In this document: positions 23,351-38,300 of the stretch, one piece after another
Layout of the letters: every line of letters begins with the position of its first letter
Position numbering within the stretch: the first letter of the stretch is position 1
DNA from: Tubulanus polymorphus
Taxonomy: Eukaryota > Animalia > Nemertea
DNA length: 64,000 nt
Assembly (NCBI RefSeq): GCF_964204645.1
Contig: NC_134034.1
Span: 12,598,962-12,662,961 of the forward strand
Direction of reading: 5' to 3'
Made by a program: the position numbers and the translations under genes
Notes under the pieces: model-generated
Databases searched by the model: none
Told to the model about the DNA's origin: nothing
The model's input: the letters and a program-made list of their open reading frames with translations, nothing else

Positions 23351-26300
23351 GTAGGCTACCAAAAACCATTCAATACAAATCAATTAAACTTTGTTCCTTC
23401 TTTAATGGCTCGTTTTTTACAGGATGCCAATTTTTTATTTGTCGTTTAAATCATAGACGTCGTACGTTTTTTTGTCATGTGAAATAGAGACAGGTCAGGG
23501 CTTCTGGGGAAGAAAAGCGAGCTGCTGATTATCCTATTTGGCTATAGTATAAGCCTCTCTGACTCTCACGTCAAAAAAAGTGCTCTTTTTTAGTTTTAGT
23601 CTTTTTCCCTAAAATCTTTTAAATTCCTTTATGGTAACAATCTGATTATCCCACTAGGTTACCAATTGATCTATTCTCATGTAGGTTAGAAATAAATTCT
23701 GGATATTAAACACTAAATTTAGACCAACGCCGGCACAGTGTCTGTGCCATCAATAAAGATGGATGATAAGGGCCTTATTTCGACATCAGGTTATCAAGTT
23801 CCTTAATGATAAAATCAGGAAATGTTTGGACAATGGTCTAGGAAAATCAGGGAGAAATTAGAGAATTTGGATTTCCTGATCTGTAAGAACAAGATCTGTA
23901 AGGTTTTTTTGGTTCAACTTCACAGACTTAAACCGGTAGATAATGTTTATCCATTGTATTGTGTATTTCACACTCATATATAGGCCGTTCTACAATCAGG
24001 GCAGGCAGATATATGAACAACCCATTTTTTGCAGACAGATGAAATAGATCGAAAAAAAAAACGGTCTATCGAAGAAATGATGCTGCACTATATCTGTCAA
24101 TGATTATTAATCAATGTCTGTATCTCTACGCTAGCTCGTAGTGACATCTACAGGCAGAAATCTAAACCAATTCCAAGTCTCTGTATTACGTAATAACCGA
24201 TATTTAATAGGGTGATGCTACAAGGGTGGTCCGTCCGACCATCTGGCTTGTTATAGGTTTCTTGGAATTCTTGAATAGCGACCAACACTGAATCTGCTGA
24301 GATTTCATCCGAAAAATAAAAAGGCTTTTTTTATTGAAATTTATATAGAAAATTTATCAGCTATTTGAAAATCTGAGATACGGCCTTAAATTATGTGACT
24401 AGGACGTCAATGTTGTTCAGTTCGCCTCAGGCTTTAGTTCAACAAAAGAAAAAAATCTCGGCTGGGTCGCCACCAATTTCACGAAAATGTTTAATCCAAA
24501 AAAACTATTCGTGGTTTCATTGCGACGATTCATATCTGATTGTTCTCAAGCTTAAACTCGCTCAGAAATAACTGGAGCCTCGCGTCGCTTGATATGAGCA
24601 TCAATGCTCATGTTCGCATTTAACGAGCATCAAGGTTTCATCAGGTTGATAGGAATTTATAGAAACATATTCCGTATAAATTCATCGATATTTTTGCGCT
24701 TGAAAATAAGAAATATAATCGGGTTCAATTTGATTATAGAAATTCAGTTTATTGCTTGATTAACTGGATAGAGGATCCATACATCAGTACATCTCTACAA
24801 CAGCAGCAGCAGCAGCAGCAGCATCCTCCATCATCATCATCGTCATCCACGCGCTCTCCCACCATACAGCAGCAGCAGCAGCAGTGTACACACACAGTGT
24901 ATAGAGTCGTGTTGTAAAGAGCTGTCGGAATATTGTGTTTGGATCTATTCCGCGTCTGCTACTAAAATACCGGTCTATTCTTCTGTTACCGCCGCGATTA
25001 AACCCGGTTTATTATAATCGTCGTCGTCGTCATTGTCGCTAAGTCTGGATTAACTGGAAATACGAACGCAAATGCTTTCCAATGTCGGGTATAAAATGTG
25101 CTCGATGATGTTATGCATGAAGAGTACGCCCGAGGAACCTACATACTCGGAACGTGAAACCTATCTGAAGGTCGGTTTGGCGAAGGTAAATACTCGGTCT
25201 CTTCCTCATTCCTCGGTGTTTGTCGTTTTGGTTTTTTGTATATTTTCTTTATTCGGTAATCGCGGGGAAACCCCCGCCGCGATCGTCGTTTTGTGTCGGC
25301 TTTCGATGTTGTTATTGTCACTGTTAGTATAGAACCCATAGAAAATGCCTGTGTACCATGGAAGATATCGTGAAGTAAGTATATCCTTGGAGTAATCACT
25401 CCAAGGTGAAACAGAGATTGGTGTAAGTAGAACTATGTTGATGCTATGAGGTCAGTTTCACGGTGTGGTCTGTGACACAGAGACTGGTAGAACTATAGGC
25501 TCTACAGGAGGACTAGGTTCGGCAGGAGGACTAGGTTCGGCAGGAGGACTGTAGGTTCGGCAGGAGGACTAGGTTCTACAGGAGGACTGTAGGTACTACA
25601 GGAGGACTGTAGGTTCTACAGGAGGACTGTAGGTTCGGCAGGAGGACTAGGTTCTACAGGAGGACTAGGTTCTACAGGAGGACTGTAGGTACTACAGGAG
25701 GACTGTAGGTTCTACAGGAGGACTGTAGGTTCTACAGGAGGACTGTAGGTTCGGCAGGAGGACTAGGTTCTACAGGAGGACTGTAGGTACTACAGGAGGA
25801 CTGTAGGTTCCACAGAAGGACTGTAGGCTCCACAGGAGGACTGTAGGCTCCACAGGAGGACTGTAGGCTCCACGGGAGGACTGTAGGTTTTACAGGAGGA
25901 CAGTAGGTTCTACAGGAGGACTGTAGGTTGTATAGGATTAGGAGGACTGTAGGTTGTATAGGATTAGGAGGACTGTAGGTTGTATAGGATTAGGAGGACT
26001 GTAGGTTGTATAGGATTAGGAGGACTGTAGGTTGTATAGGATTAGGAGGACTGTAGGTTGTATAGGATTAGGAGGACTGTAGGTTGTATAGGATTAGGAG
26101 GACTGTAGGTTGTATAGGATTAGGAGGACTGTAGGTTGTATAGGATTAGGAGGACTGTAGGTTGTATAGGATTAGGAGGACTGTAGGTTGTAAGAGAATT
26201 CGAAATCCATGCACGAGTACACCACCAGTAGCCTACCAATCAAGGCCTATGTATCTACTGTATCTGGTATTACCTACTTGATCTGCCGATGACAGATCGT

Positions 26301-29300
26301 CACTTCATCAGATGCTTCCATTCTTCATGTGACCCTAATTTGTGACTAATCGCTGAACGCCGAATCGAGGATATACATATATTTATGATATGTCTATTTT
26401 TTAGCGTTGCCGCTAATTTCGAACTTCCAGTTTTTGACTAACAACAGGCAGAGGTCATTCAGCTACCAGGACCTTGTCTTTCTGTACAGATGAAACATTC
26501 GGGAATCAGAATTAACTGTAATGTCAAAATAGGGAATTGGATGCTGACTGTTGAACCGTTTCCGGGACCCCATCGAAGACTGTCGGCTTTAGCAGGCACA
26601 GAGACCGGGGGGGGGGGGGGAGGTCAGACCTTCACTCAGACGTTCTACGATAAAACTCGAGAAGAAACCGGATCCTACGTCTGGTAGTATTTCCGAGAAT
26701 TTTATGGTCTGTTTGAGTTGTTTGTTAGAGACAGGAGAAAGAGAGAGAGAGAGGAGAGAGAGAGAGAGGGGAGAGATTGCTGTCGGCTATAGACGTATAT
26801 AATACACATACTGAGTTCAGAAGATTCATTTGAATACAGGGGGATGATTGGTTACACCCATTATAAATTTACAGAACTAAAAACTGTTTGATTTATCTAT
26901 GGTTGTTTTGACTTCAGTGAGACCTGAGGCGGGTATCATCACCTCACCTCGACGCGTTCACTTATATCTCAACTTTCAACTTCATCATCAACGCTTAATC
27001 GTTTTTCAAAACTTAAAACCTCGTCAGACTTAGTTCCGGTTCACCTAACGCCTGGCCCTCAGGTAATTGACCCTCTGAGGTTGTGGATCCACTCAGAGTG
27101 AATCCCCTCAGGTAATTGACCCTCTGAGTGTGTAAGCACTACTCCACTCAGGTTACAATGAGAGCGAGCATGGGTTATTACGTAATATTATTGATGAATT
27201 GATTTGCACTGTTGAGGTTGACCAGGGTTATGACCTTCGAGTGTGGAGCATATTGGATTAGATGTTTTATACCCATCAGGGAAAACTATATACCTCAATA
27301 TCAAAATCAACGGTTTGTTTCTATTTTTGCGAGGAGTTCGTTCTTTTCGAGATGATTCGATTAAATGGATTGTGTTGAACTGGATGATGTCCATGTTTGT
27401 AGATACTTTTTTCTAAACGTACGACAAAGAGGTCGATATTAAACTAGATGTCGGTATAGTTGAGACGATATGAATAGATGGTGTCATACAGCAGTATATA
27501 CACACACAGTATCACACGACACACGCCGTCCGGCTGGCTGTTAACGGTCATCCAGCATCAGTTGTCACTGACAACCGTCTATTAAGCGGTTCAAGAATTG
27601 AGCTCTGGGAGATTCAGTCGACCGATTCGACGCTGATTCGTTTATCTACGTTTCGAAATGCCCGCGAGGGAAAGTTTGAACGAACGTCGCGCGCGCGGCT
27701 TTCTCAGACATTAACAGAAAACTGGACTTTAAGCCGTGATAATTTATCCGGATTTTAGTGGGAAGGATTTCTCTATAGCGGCGCGTGTAATGATTCTGCA
27801 GTCGCGGTTCTCAGTTCAACCGCTCTCTAAAACTTCTAAAGCTTTTGAGTTCGTGGTTGTCCTCGGTGCGCTGATGATAGCCAGGAGAGGGTTAATACGA
27901 GCGATTGAAGATAGGCTCCCCGCGGCAGGGCGTCGAACCTGATGGCATCGCTACGTTCAGCCACGGTACGAAACCCCGCCGCACTAGACCGGGTGCGCAG
28001 GTTTACCGTTCGATAACTTGCGGCTCCAATCAGATTGCTCGTTGTATAATCGCCCGGTCAAATTTAACGGATAAACTATAAATGGGAAAAACCCGGGCTA
28101 GAATAAAACAGGATTTCTGATTGGTTAATAGTGACATCATCTAAGCTGCGCGCTCGCGATTAGTGTGACAGGTACGATGGCGAGTCTCGACACCATCAGG
28201 TTCTCGAATCTCTGTCACGGTAGGAGGATGATATAGGGTTAATATGAGTGATATATAAAACCGCTCTATAGAAATCAATACACGTAGAATTGAGTCTAGT
28301 GTTGGCGATGAGTCGAGCGACGCGCGTGTTCGCGCTGTCCACTTATCACATACACTGTGTGTGTGTAATTAATGTGTAAAACAGCTCACACACCGTGTGA
28401 TGGATCTATCCTCATCTGTTTTCATTCTTTCCGACCTCGAACGTCTTTCGGAACTGCGGTTCAAATTTAGGTCGAGCGACCGGATATCGAAATCGGGTCA
28501 GACGTAGAAGCCGCGGACACCCGTCAACAATGCAATAACTGACCACCGGTCAACAATATAACTGACAGACAGCCGGTCGACGAATCGACAATGAAATAAC
28601 TGACCACCGGTCAACAATATAACTGACCGAGATTCCCGGACTATTTTTAACAGTAAACCTAATCAGATTATCTTTGTGAGATTCGGTTTGGAATAAAAGT
28701 CGCTGGAAGAGGCCCGGGGGCATGGGAGGGGCAGACATTGCACTAACACGGGTCAGGTCATTTTTTGGTCTCGTGAATCTGATTAAGATCTGGAATAAAA
28801 AGATTTTTGCTGGGTCATGTTTTGGACGCGCGCGCGTGAGATATAAACGTCTCTGTTTTTTGCGGAATGCGGCCCTCTGCGAATTTCACCTGTTCCGTAG
28901 TAGTTTTCTTACAGCGCGGCGTCTGTCGTCATTGTCTATAATTATACTATGGCGTCTAGTTTTTGAGATGTAACACGTTTCAAAAGCAGTTTTTGTTAGT
29001 GTAAAATCACCGGGTTTTAGTTTCTCACTCAACTGCGCGTTATAACGTTTACTGTTTTTGTCGTCGTTATGTCACGTATTGATTTCGTTCGTCGTTTCTG
29101 CCGGCATTAATCACGTTCTGAATCAGTCTGCTGCTGCAGTTCAATGTCAAGGTCGTGTACGTACCGAGCGAGCGAGCGAGAGTACGCGTCGTTCCCTTAT
29201 AAGGAGATTTTCATTTTTCGCAAGAAAAAAAAAACGAATATTTCGTCGACGACGTTTCTGATCGCGAGACGTCGACGGGTGATGTGTAAGACGACGGGTA

Positions 29301-32300
29301 TTGTTGCCGAGGAGGAAGTTGTTGCTACGGCGATCGTTATAGCGATGTTTATCGTAATCGATGAGATTGATTTATCGTAGCGATCGGTTTTGGTAAACCA
29401 TTGTTGCGAACCGGTATAAATTAGTGGTTTTACGATCGTGTTATGATGTATGGTGACCGACGAACGGACCACCAGACCGACCGGTCGCGAGCTGTGATTC
29501 ATGTTCTACCACTCACACTCACTTAATCAATGATTTATGTCGGTTTCCTCTGTCGCAAACTTCCTTCGCTTGGCTCATAAAGTACTCCCTCTCCCTCCCT
29601 CTCCCTCCCTCCCTCTCCCTCCCTCTCCCTCCCTCCCTCCCTCTCCCTCCCTCTCCCTCCCTCCCTCTCCCTCCCTCTCCCTCCCTCTCCTCCCTCTCTC
29701 CTCCCTCTCTCCTCCCTCTCCCTCCCTTTCTCTCCTCTCCCTTTCTCTTCTCTCGCTCCCTCTCTACTCCCTTTCCTCTCTTTCTCACCCCTCTCCCCCT
29801 CCTTTCACTCTCCTCTCTCCCTCTCCCTCTCTCCTCTCACTCTCCCCTCTCCTCTCCCTCGCCCCTCTCCATTCGCTCTCCCTCTCTCCTCCCTCTCCCC
29901 TCTCTCCTTTCACTCTCCCCTCTCCTCTCTCTCCCCTCTCTCCTTTCGCTCTCCCCTTTCCTTTCTCTCTCCCCGCTCCCCTCTCTCCTTTCGCTCTCTC
30001 CCTCTCCTTTCATTCCTCTCTCTCTCTTTCCCTGTACATGTAAATATAAGCCTGCATCCTTTCACATAGAATAAATCGGCAAATTGTTCAATTATTCATT
30101 TCATTCATTCATTTGTTCATTCATTCATTCATTCATGAAGCCATTGAGTAAAAATGCTATTTTTTACCCGTAACATTTTTTACCAAGCCGGTATTTTATA
30201 ACCCAGTGCAACTATATATTGTACATAAATATCTGGCGATTTGAATAAACATTTTAACCCTTTGTCCATGATGTGTTTAGCAGCTTGATTTCGATACCCA
30301 AGAGGGGGAGGGGGGGTCAGTTGCCCTAAAATTTGTTCCAGTGGACAAATACCTAAATAACAATTCATGTATAATCTTCATTGTCACTATGTCAACTATC
30401 CGCTGGCTCCGAGGTTTGAACAATTGACTGGGGCTCATTTTAACCCTTTATCCATGATGTGTTTAGCAGCTTGATTTCGATACCCGAGAGGTGGAGGGGG
30501 GTCAGTTACCCTAAAGTTTGTTCGAGTGGACAAATACTTCAATAACAATGCATTCATTGTCACTTCATCAACTATGGTTAAAGGTTCGAGCGATTGACCG
30601 GGCCCAGATCTGACATCCACTCGGGCGGGGCCCAGATCTGACATCCACTCGAGCGGGGCCCAGATCTGACATCCACTCGAGCGGGGCCCAGATCTGACAT
30701 CCACTCGAGCGGGGCCCAGATCTGACATCCACTCGAGCGGGGCCCAGATCTGACATCCACTCGAGCGGGGCCCAGATCTGACATCCACTCGAGCGGGGCC
30801 CAGATCTGACATCCACTCGGGCGGGGCCCAGATCTGACATCCACTCGAGCGGGGCCCAGATCTGACATCCACTCGAGGAAATGTTAGTGAAACAATGCAA
30901 TTAACAATTAGATATATAAATGTAGTTAATTACTAGTGATGATGTAGGGCGACTGTACTGAGACCTACGACTCGCGACCGACAGACGATATGTGCTGGAA
31001 TGTTCCCGTGATATCTGAGGAGAGAGAGACTGATTCATAAATATTCATTAGATTCTTCTTTGCCTGCTGTTGTTATAAACCATTAATACATAATTGTATG
31101 AGGTCTATATGCATAGTGACAGACACACTGACAGACGGACCGGGCAGACACACTGACAGACGGACCGGGCGATCTGACTATTGTTTTATATCCTGCTCAA
31201 CCTGCATGCGTACAATGTGACAGAGGCGACGGCCCTGTATTTTATTGGATTAAGAAACCTGAGGAATTACGGATAAAACTGATTGTTTGAACTAAGGCAA
31301 GTGCTGATGATGCTAATTCTGTTAATCTTGTATGAAATAAGGGACCGGACCGGACCTCGAGGACCGGGATTTTATTTTAGGTGACAAAAACTGATGATGT
31401 TGATTAATTAATTTTCTTTGCTTTTGTTGTTGTTGAAAACTTGGCGAGCGTATTGATTGAAAGTCATCAAATAATCTAATAAGTTGTTAATTTTGACCTT
31501 CCTCACATGTTCGCGGTTTCAACAAAGCCCATCGCGTATAGTTTGTAGACGTATAAGCCGCGATCACACGGAGAAGATTTGGCCAGGGCCAAATTGGCAT
31601 GGATCAGGCTCGAGCCTTATTTGGCCCGTCCCTAATAAGAGAGGGCGTTTACACGTAAACCATTCACTCGATGCTCAACAATGTTCAAAACAAAGTGCAT
31701 CATTTCGGGAACCAGTTGCAATTCAAACGCTATCATTTGACCTCTGTTAAAATTTAAATTCGACGTTGCTTTTGGCCCGGGCCAAACAGGCTCACCCATT
31801 TGGCACCCGTGTGAACAGTTGTTCCGGGCCTAAAACGCTCGTACGATCGCGGCTATAGACCTAATTGAGTTTTGACAGTGATCTTGATTTTCTTTGTTAC
31901 CCCTGATATTGGTAGTCTATGAGTCTCCTCAGCCGACAGTGCGTGTATTCTAATATACGCACACACATGATACATCACTTTGTTCTCAAGAAAGAAAAAT
32001 TGATGAAGTAACTTCGTTAGACGCTGAAGTATCTCTTCATAAGCAAACGAGAGGTCGATTTAATTAAAAATCATCCTCGCGACTATTTCCATGTTTCCGC
32101 GCGTGAAGTGTTTGAAGTGCGTAGAGATACGTGCTATACGTGTATTCTATTCGAAAAATTTTCAATTTTTTTTAGAATATGTGTAATAAATAGAATAGTA
32201 GTTGAATTACTCGGAAGAAAATGATAACGAAATAGCTGAATAGCCAAAAGAGGAGGGTCTTTGAATGAGGAGGGTCTCTTAATGAGGAGGGCCTACGATA

Positions 32301-35300
32301 TATTTTTGATAGCAGAAATGAATATTTTAAGCATATTTCTGACAAGAAAAACGGATACAAATCCATTTATTGACGATATATAATTGGTAGATTCCAGTTT
32401 GGACCGTTTAACCGGTCGGTGGGTTCATCGATGATATCTACCAACTTCAATGAAATATATGCTTCAATTGATAATATCGTTCTAATCGAGATATGATTAA
32501 CGAAATGTTCGTATTCATGGATTCGAAATTCCGATGGAAAAACTGCGTAGAACGAACCAGGGTTCGCTGTATATACACAGAGTATTCATTGATTAATAGA
32601 GGCCTACTATAGAACAATATAGAGTGTGAGAGTGAGAGAGAGTTATGCGTAAATTACAAATGTAAATGAGTTTGAATTATTCCGTATGCGCACACGTGTT
32701 TGTGTTGAATAGTTCATAGTAGGTTTAAACTGTGGATAGAGTGGAATGTATGATGTGGATACGTGTGTGATTATTTCGTGAATGAAGTTCAGGTAAGAAA
32801 CGTGACAGACGTGGAGTCCGTCTGCTTGTGAGAGTCCGTCTGCTAAACGCGGGAGAGCGAGGTCGCCGAAGGTCAACCCCTCGTCGGGATACTGTAAATA
32901 TCTGAGAATACGTCCACTTTTTATTTTTCACGTTCTTTTCAACACCTCCCGGAGAAAATATGACCGCTTCCGTTAAATCCTCCTATGACATCATCGCCGA
33001 TTCTTAGACCCCTTCACAAAGTATGGACACCTCGTTAGATTCCCCCTATGACATCATTGGGCGATTTAAAAATCAGAGACTGGACTTTTTGTTGCGATAG
33101 GATACAAATTCATGGTAGTTTATGATGTCATAGGGGGATTTATGAAGGCTTCCATATTTGCTGGTGTATATTGGGTAACTGGTTTAACCTGTAATCAATG
33201 CTTTGATAATAATGTGTGCAATAGATACTGTTTTAACAGATAACATCTTCATTCATTTCCATAATTATAACGATTTTCATTTTATTGTGTATCTTAAGAA
33301 TTTTTTTAATGAAGTCTGTAACGGCTGAACTGACCCCGTTTCATAGGACAGTAATTTTCGGGCTCAGCTATCTTTCACTAACTAGCGATGGAAATATAGA
33401 AGAATATTTCTGATATCGAAAGAAACATTTTTTTGGAAAAGTTTCACCAAAAAATAAGCCCATCGGATGTCCTTAGGTCAACCACAACCAGCTCCTCAGT
33501 AGCCCCTAACTCTAGCTCCACTGTGACTGTGACCCGTAACCCTAGGCATGGCCATGGCAGGATTTGAACCTGGGTCTCTAACTTGCCAGCCCTCTGTCCT
33601 AACCACTAGACCACTGAGTTCTTGACGACTGACTGAGTTTGTAAGTTTGTCTGGTCAGTGTAGTGGTGACCAGTCAGGTGTGGTGACCGCTGACCAGTCA
33701 GGTGTTGTGACTGGTGGTCAGTCAGGTGTGGTGACTGGTGACCAGTCAGGTGTGGTGACCTGTGACTGGTTATCATTATCACAAAGCCTTGTGCATTTGA
33801 ATTTTCAGGGAAAATTCTTAAAGTACATTTTTAGGGCAATTATCTTTTAAGCTGTAGAATGTTTAAAAAAAAGATAGCAATGCTTTTTTCAGCTTTTATA
33901 AATTTAACTAGATTTTCCCCGATCAAGAGATTTCAATCAAACTCTAATCAATCGCCACACATTCTCAACGTACACTGTTTGAGCTTCAATCGCTATCCAC
34001 TTCCTGTTACAGATGGCTTCCTGTTATACGCAGCTACTGCGCGTGCACTGTCAAACTGTTATTCATCAAAACAGCGAATCCTGTTCATTCATCAATGTAT
34101 CTATTATACCCTGGTACGAAAATATTCGCTTTGTTTTTCCAGCGCTCGTATCGTATCTAAACATATACAGCAAACATTGATATATCTTACTGCCGCTTCT
34201 CATAAACTACGATATATCAGTTTAGAGATATTCATCTTAATTTCCAATAAACTCCTAACCCTCGATTAATTATAATTAATAATAATTACTGATTATTTAT
34301 TTAACTATAATTTACTATAATTAATTACGCACAAGGATCTAGTTTATCGGTCGGGGTTTTTTCGTCGAGACGCGAATTTTTTTTCTAAAGTCGGATGAAA
34401 ATTTCTATATTTACAGTATCCCGTCGCCCTGAACGGCTAATCGACACGGTGTCCGAGAGCGCCACCTACAGTATCCCGTCGCCCTGATCGACTAATCGAA
34501 CACAGCGCCACCTATAAATAAACGCACGCGTGCTAAACAATGTATCAAACGTTGCGACGACGGTCGTCGCTCGGAGGAAAGTTTGAATATTCCGGACGAC
34601 GGAATAATAAAGAAGAATGGGACGACGATGATAAATATAAAGCAACGTGCGGACTCGAAATGTTAAAGGTATGTTTGAAAATTGTTTAAAACCCGGAGAT
34701 AGTGCTGCCCCCTATACCTGGAGCTAGTGCTGCCCCCTTAACCTGGAGCTAGTGCTGCCCCCTTTACCTGGAGCTAGTGCTGCCCCCTTTTCCTGGAGCT
34801 AGTGCTGCCCCCTATACCTGGAGCTAGTACTGCCCCCTCTACCTAGAGCTAGTGCTGCCCCCTTTCCCCCTGGAGCTAGTGCTGCCCCCTTTACCTGGAG
34901 CTAGTGCTGCCCACTGCCTATGGAACTAGTGCCCCCCAAAGCTAGTACTGCCCCCTCCCCCTGAAGCTAGTACTACCCCCTCCCCCTGAAGCTAGCGCTG
35001 CCCCCTCCCCTGGACACCTTCCTCCCGCATGGCTCAGTTTCATATGCATTCCATGTTTACTGCTTGGCAGCCATTTTGTGTAAGTTACAACGCCACCTAC
35101 TGGTGACGTACTTGTCTACGCTGATGAAGCCCTGCTTGTCGGCCATTTCGGTTATATCGCTATCTACTAGTGTAACTGACTGTTCACGATCCCGCTTACT
35201 CCGGGTACAACGCCCCCTATTGGTCATAAAACCATTTACCGCTGATTTACGCACCGCGAATGAGCGCCACCTACTGACGGCGGCGTTAAAACGAGATCAC

Positions 35301-38300
35301 TACTCGAACTACTGACCCCGTTATAACTAATAATCACTAATTGCGTGTTGTTTGTATCCGCCTGCGGCAAGTGAGTGTGTGTATGTGTGCTGATAGTTTT
35401 GATGAGATGATTAACTTATTTTTCGCGAATACAAAATACAGTTTGTACTACAGTAACTATACGTGCATGTATACAGGCGCAGTAATTACTGAGAGAGAGA
35501 GAGAAGTGTTTATCAGAGAGAGAGGGAGAGAGAGAGAGAGTTCATTCTCTGCCGGTGACGTGAAATACAATTTAAAACTTTAACACGAGTTGTTTGTTAT
35601 CGCGAGATACGATTCATCTTTTCTAATTCCGGCGAGTTTTGTTTATGAAGGGATATTTTTCAACTTGTCGCGTCCCTCGCTCGGTGAAGGAGGCGCGTAC
35701 GGTACCCTCGGAAGCTGATCGAGTTGAAGGCTGTTAGATCGATTCAGACGTGCCCCTTACTCATAACTGGCTGCTGATCAATAGCCGGGCGAAATCTGTA
35801 ATAATATTGATCTAGTCTATCGGTGGATTATCTCAGCTGAATGTGGATTATCTCCGGATTATCTGTCTGTGTTTTAGTCTATAGCGCGTTCGATAAACCG
35901 AGTGTTTGTTTAGATGATGTTTAGTCTGACCGGTAGTGACCCCTAGTGGCGAGTATTACATTAACCCGTCAGGTATTCGGTCGGTACTCATCGAGCGAGT
36001 CCAGCCTACAGGCTCCCACCACCCCCTGATAGGTAACCAGTAGACTCTCATTACCTGAGAGTGATACTTTGTGTTGACCTATTGAGCGGGTATTTGATAG
36101 CTCAGCATCAGTAGTGTATATATATATATATATACTGACGGTACCGGCCTATACCGCGGTAATCTTATGTATACAGTTATATAGGAGATAGCGCATACCG
36201 CGGTTATAACTGAGTTATAACAGCTTGTACCTCTCTATCTATCGTTCATTACATTTCATCGATTTAAATTCATTGAAAACTTCGATTCGACGATCGACGT
36301 ATTTCAGTGACGAGTTCTGGAATAAAGCTGCCGTGTTCTGTGAGTGATCGAGTGAATCAGGTGTTGTGAGGTTCACGAGGATAAAACAGCTGTGAGAAGT
36401 GAAAGACGACTAGCTGGAATTCTTTCTATGTCTTCAACTGAGGAATTAACAGTAGATGTTTTCCAAATTCACTCGATGCGACTGTTGAAACTGTAGGTAG
36501 AGTTCGCCGACGTGTTGGGTACGAGGACCGACCGATGCGCCTCTGTACCGCCCTCTGGTGATATATCTCAGGAGAATTCGACGATAAGCCAAACTGTGAA
36601 AAAATCATCATCATCAAAACAAACATGTGAATTTTTTGCGTAGTTTGTAAGCTATGTCGGAGAGTTATAGCTGGATGCTGTGTAGAGGTTTATACATCAG
36701 GCCACAGAAGTAAACAACAGTGCAATACACCAACAGGAATAAAACACAGTGATATGTTATCAGAGGATTGTTTGAAAGAGAGTTTGTCGCTGTAAGATTT
36801 TATGATTTGATGATATCTCGTGTGATTATTGTGAGATTGAGATTTGAGATAACAGTGAAATTTGATATTAATGAGATGTGAGATTAACAGTGATATCGAG
36901 ATTTGATATAATGTTTACCGGTATGCGGTAATAATGGGTGAAGGCTGTTTTCAACCGATGTCTACAATGTGGACCTTACGTTCAACAAAATTCTATCGGA
37001 AACATGCTGTAAGTATCTTCAATATTACTGGGTTCAGGCTAGGGGTGGGGTGGGGGTATTACTGGGGGTTCAGGCTTGAGGGGAGCTATAGTAACTGCAA
37101 TATTACTGGGTTCAGGCTGAGGGGTGGGGTGGGGGTATTACTGGGGGTTCAGTCTTGAGGGGAGCTATAGTAACTGCAATATTACTGGGTTCAGGCTGAG
37201 GGGGGTATTACTGGCTACAGGCTGAGGAGGCAGGAATTACTGGGTTCAGGGGTCAGTTACATTGATCAAGGCTTAGATTTAAGACCATCGTAGTTTTATT
37301 GTCAATTTGATGACTTAAGGTCAGTCTTAAGTCATGACGGTTCAGCTGGGCACCAGCCTGTAGGGTTCAGAGTCAACCAGTAGTGAATGAGAACCCTCAG
37401 CTGACTGAGCAGTCATCAAGGACACCCTGGACCCCTCACTGACTGACACCCTGGAGGACTGAAGGTCTCCCAGGTGACTGACATCCTTGAGGACCCTCAG
37501 TTGACTGAACAGTCGAGGTCACCCTGAAGCACCCTCAGCTGGAGGACTCCTAGCTTACGGTCACCCTGGAGGACCCTCAGTTGACTGAACAGTTGAGGTC
37601 ACCCTGGAGCACCCTCAGCTGGAGGACTCCTAGCTTACGGTCACCCTGGAGGACTGGAGGACTCCAGTTTATCGAACGTGGATGCCTCGTGTAGTAAACA
37701 TTAATTAATAGGACAATTTTTTATCCGCAATAGAAAAACATGTTTTTGAACACGTGTTTTAAAGCAGGAATTAATCACCACTTCAGACGAGTTTCATTCT
37801 AATTATTGGTATTTTATTTTTCGATTGAAAACGTTTCGGTGCGTCTGCCAATTATCAGTAGTATAATCCGGTACGACCCCCCACCCCTCACAGAGACGTA
37901 GCTGCTTATAAGGAACCGGTTTGTTTTGTGAATTGCCAAGTAGTAGATCTCAGTAGATCTCAGTGGATCAACAGGATCTCAGTTCAGTTTTTTCAAGTAG
38001 GAAAAAGTGTACGAACCAACGAGGGCTTTAACTAGAAGTGAAGCTAAGATCGGCCTCTACTTCAAGCGGTTCAAACTGGGCTGGATTTATTCCGGAAAGA
38101 GGATCCTCTAAATGTTTTAGTGATTTAATGATTTATAGCGCGGAAACTATTAAGTTTTCTGTCTAATAGAGGAATAAACTCTCAAGAGTTTGTGAGACGT
38201 TGTTTGAGAAAGTTTGTTGAATTTTGATCTTCGAAGTGTTTCATCTTGTGGCAAGAAAATGCTTTTGTTGTGACTGCGATAAATTTGGAAATTTTTCCCT

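Noticed and set aside
28178-28225. MASLDTIRFSNLCH mini-ORF as another first exon
   Set aside because: The available donors are phase 1 or 2, incompatible with the phase-0 constant exon at 41042.
29519-30043. Pro/Ser/Leu-rich and Arg/Glu/Gly-rich ORFs (also 58883-59302, 44210-44467, 48781-49380)
   Set aside because: Translations of low-complexity or tandem-repeat DNA.
30435-30900. CRISPR-like 28-bp direct repeats and repetitive ORFs
   Set aside because: The units are contiguous with no unique spacers, there are no cas genes, and the context is a eukaryotic intron.
32745-32798. Strong donor CAG|GTAAGA at 32792
   Set aside because: No in-frame ATG precedes it in phase 0. It could be a non-coding exon, but the sequence alone does not support that.
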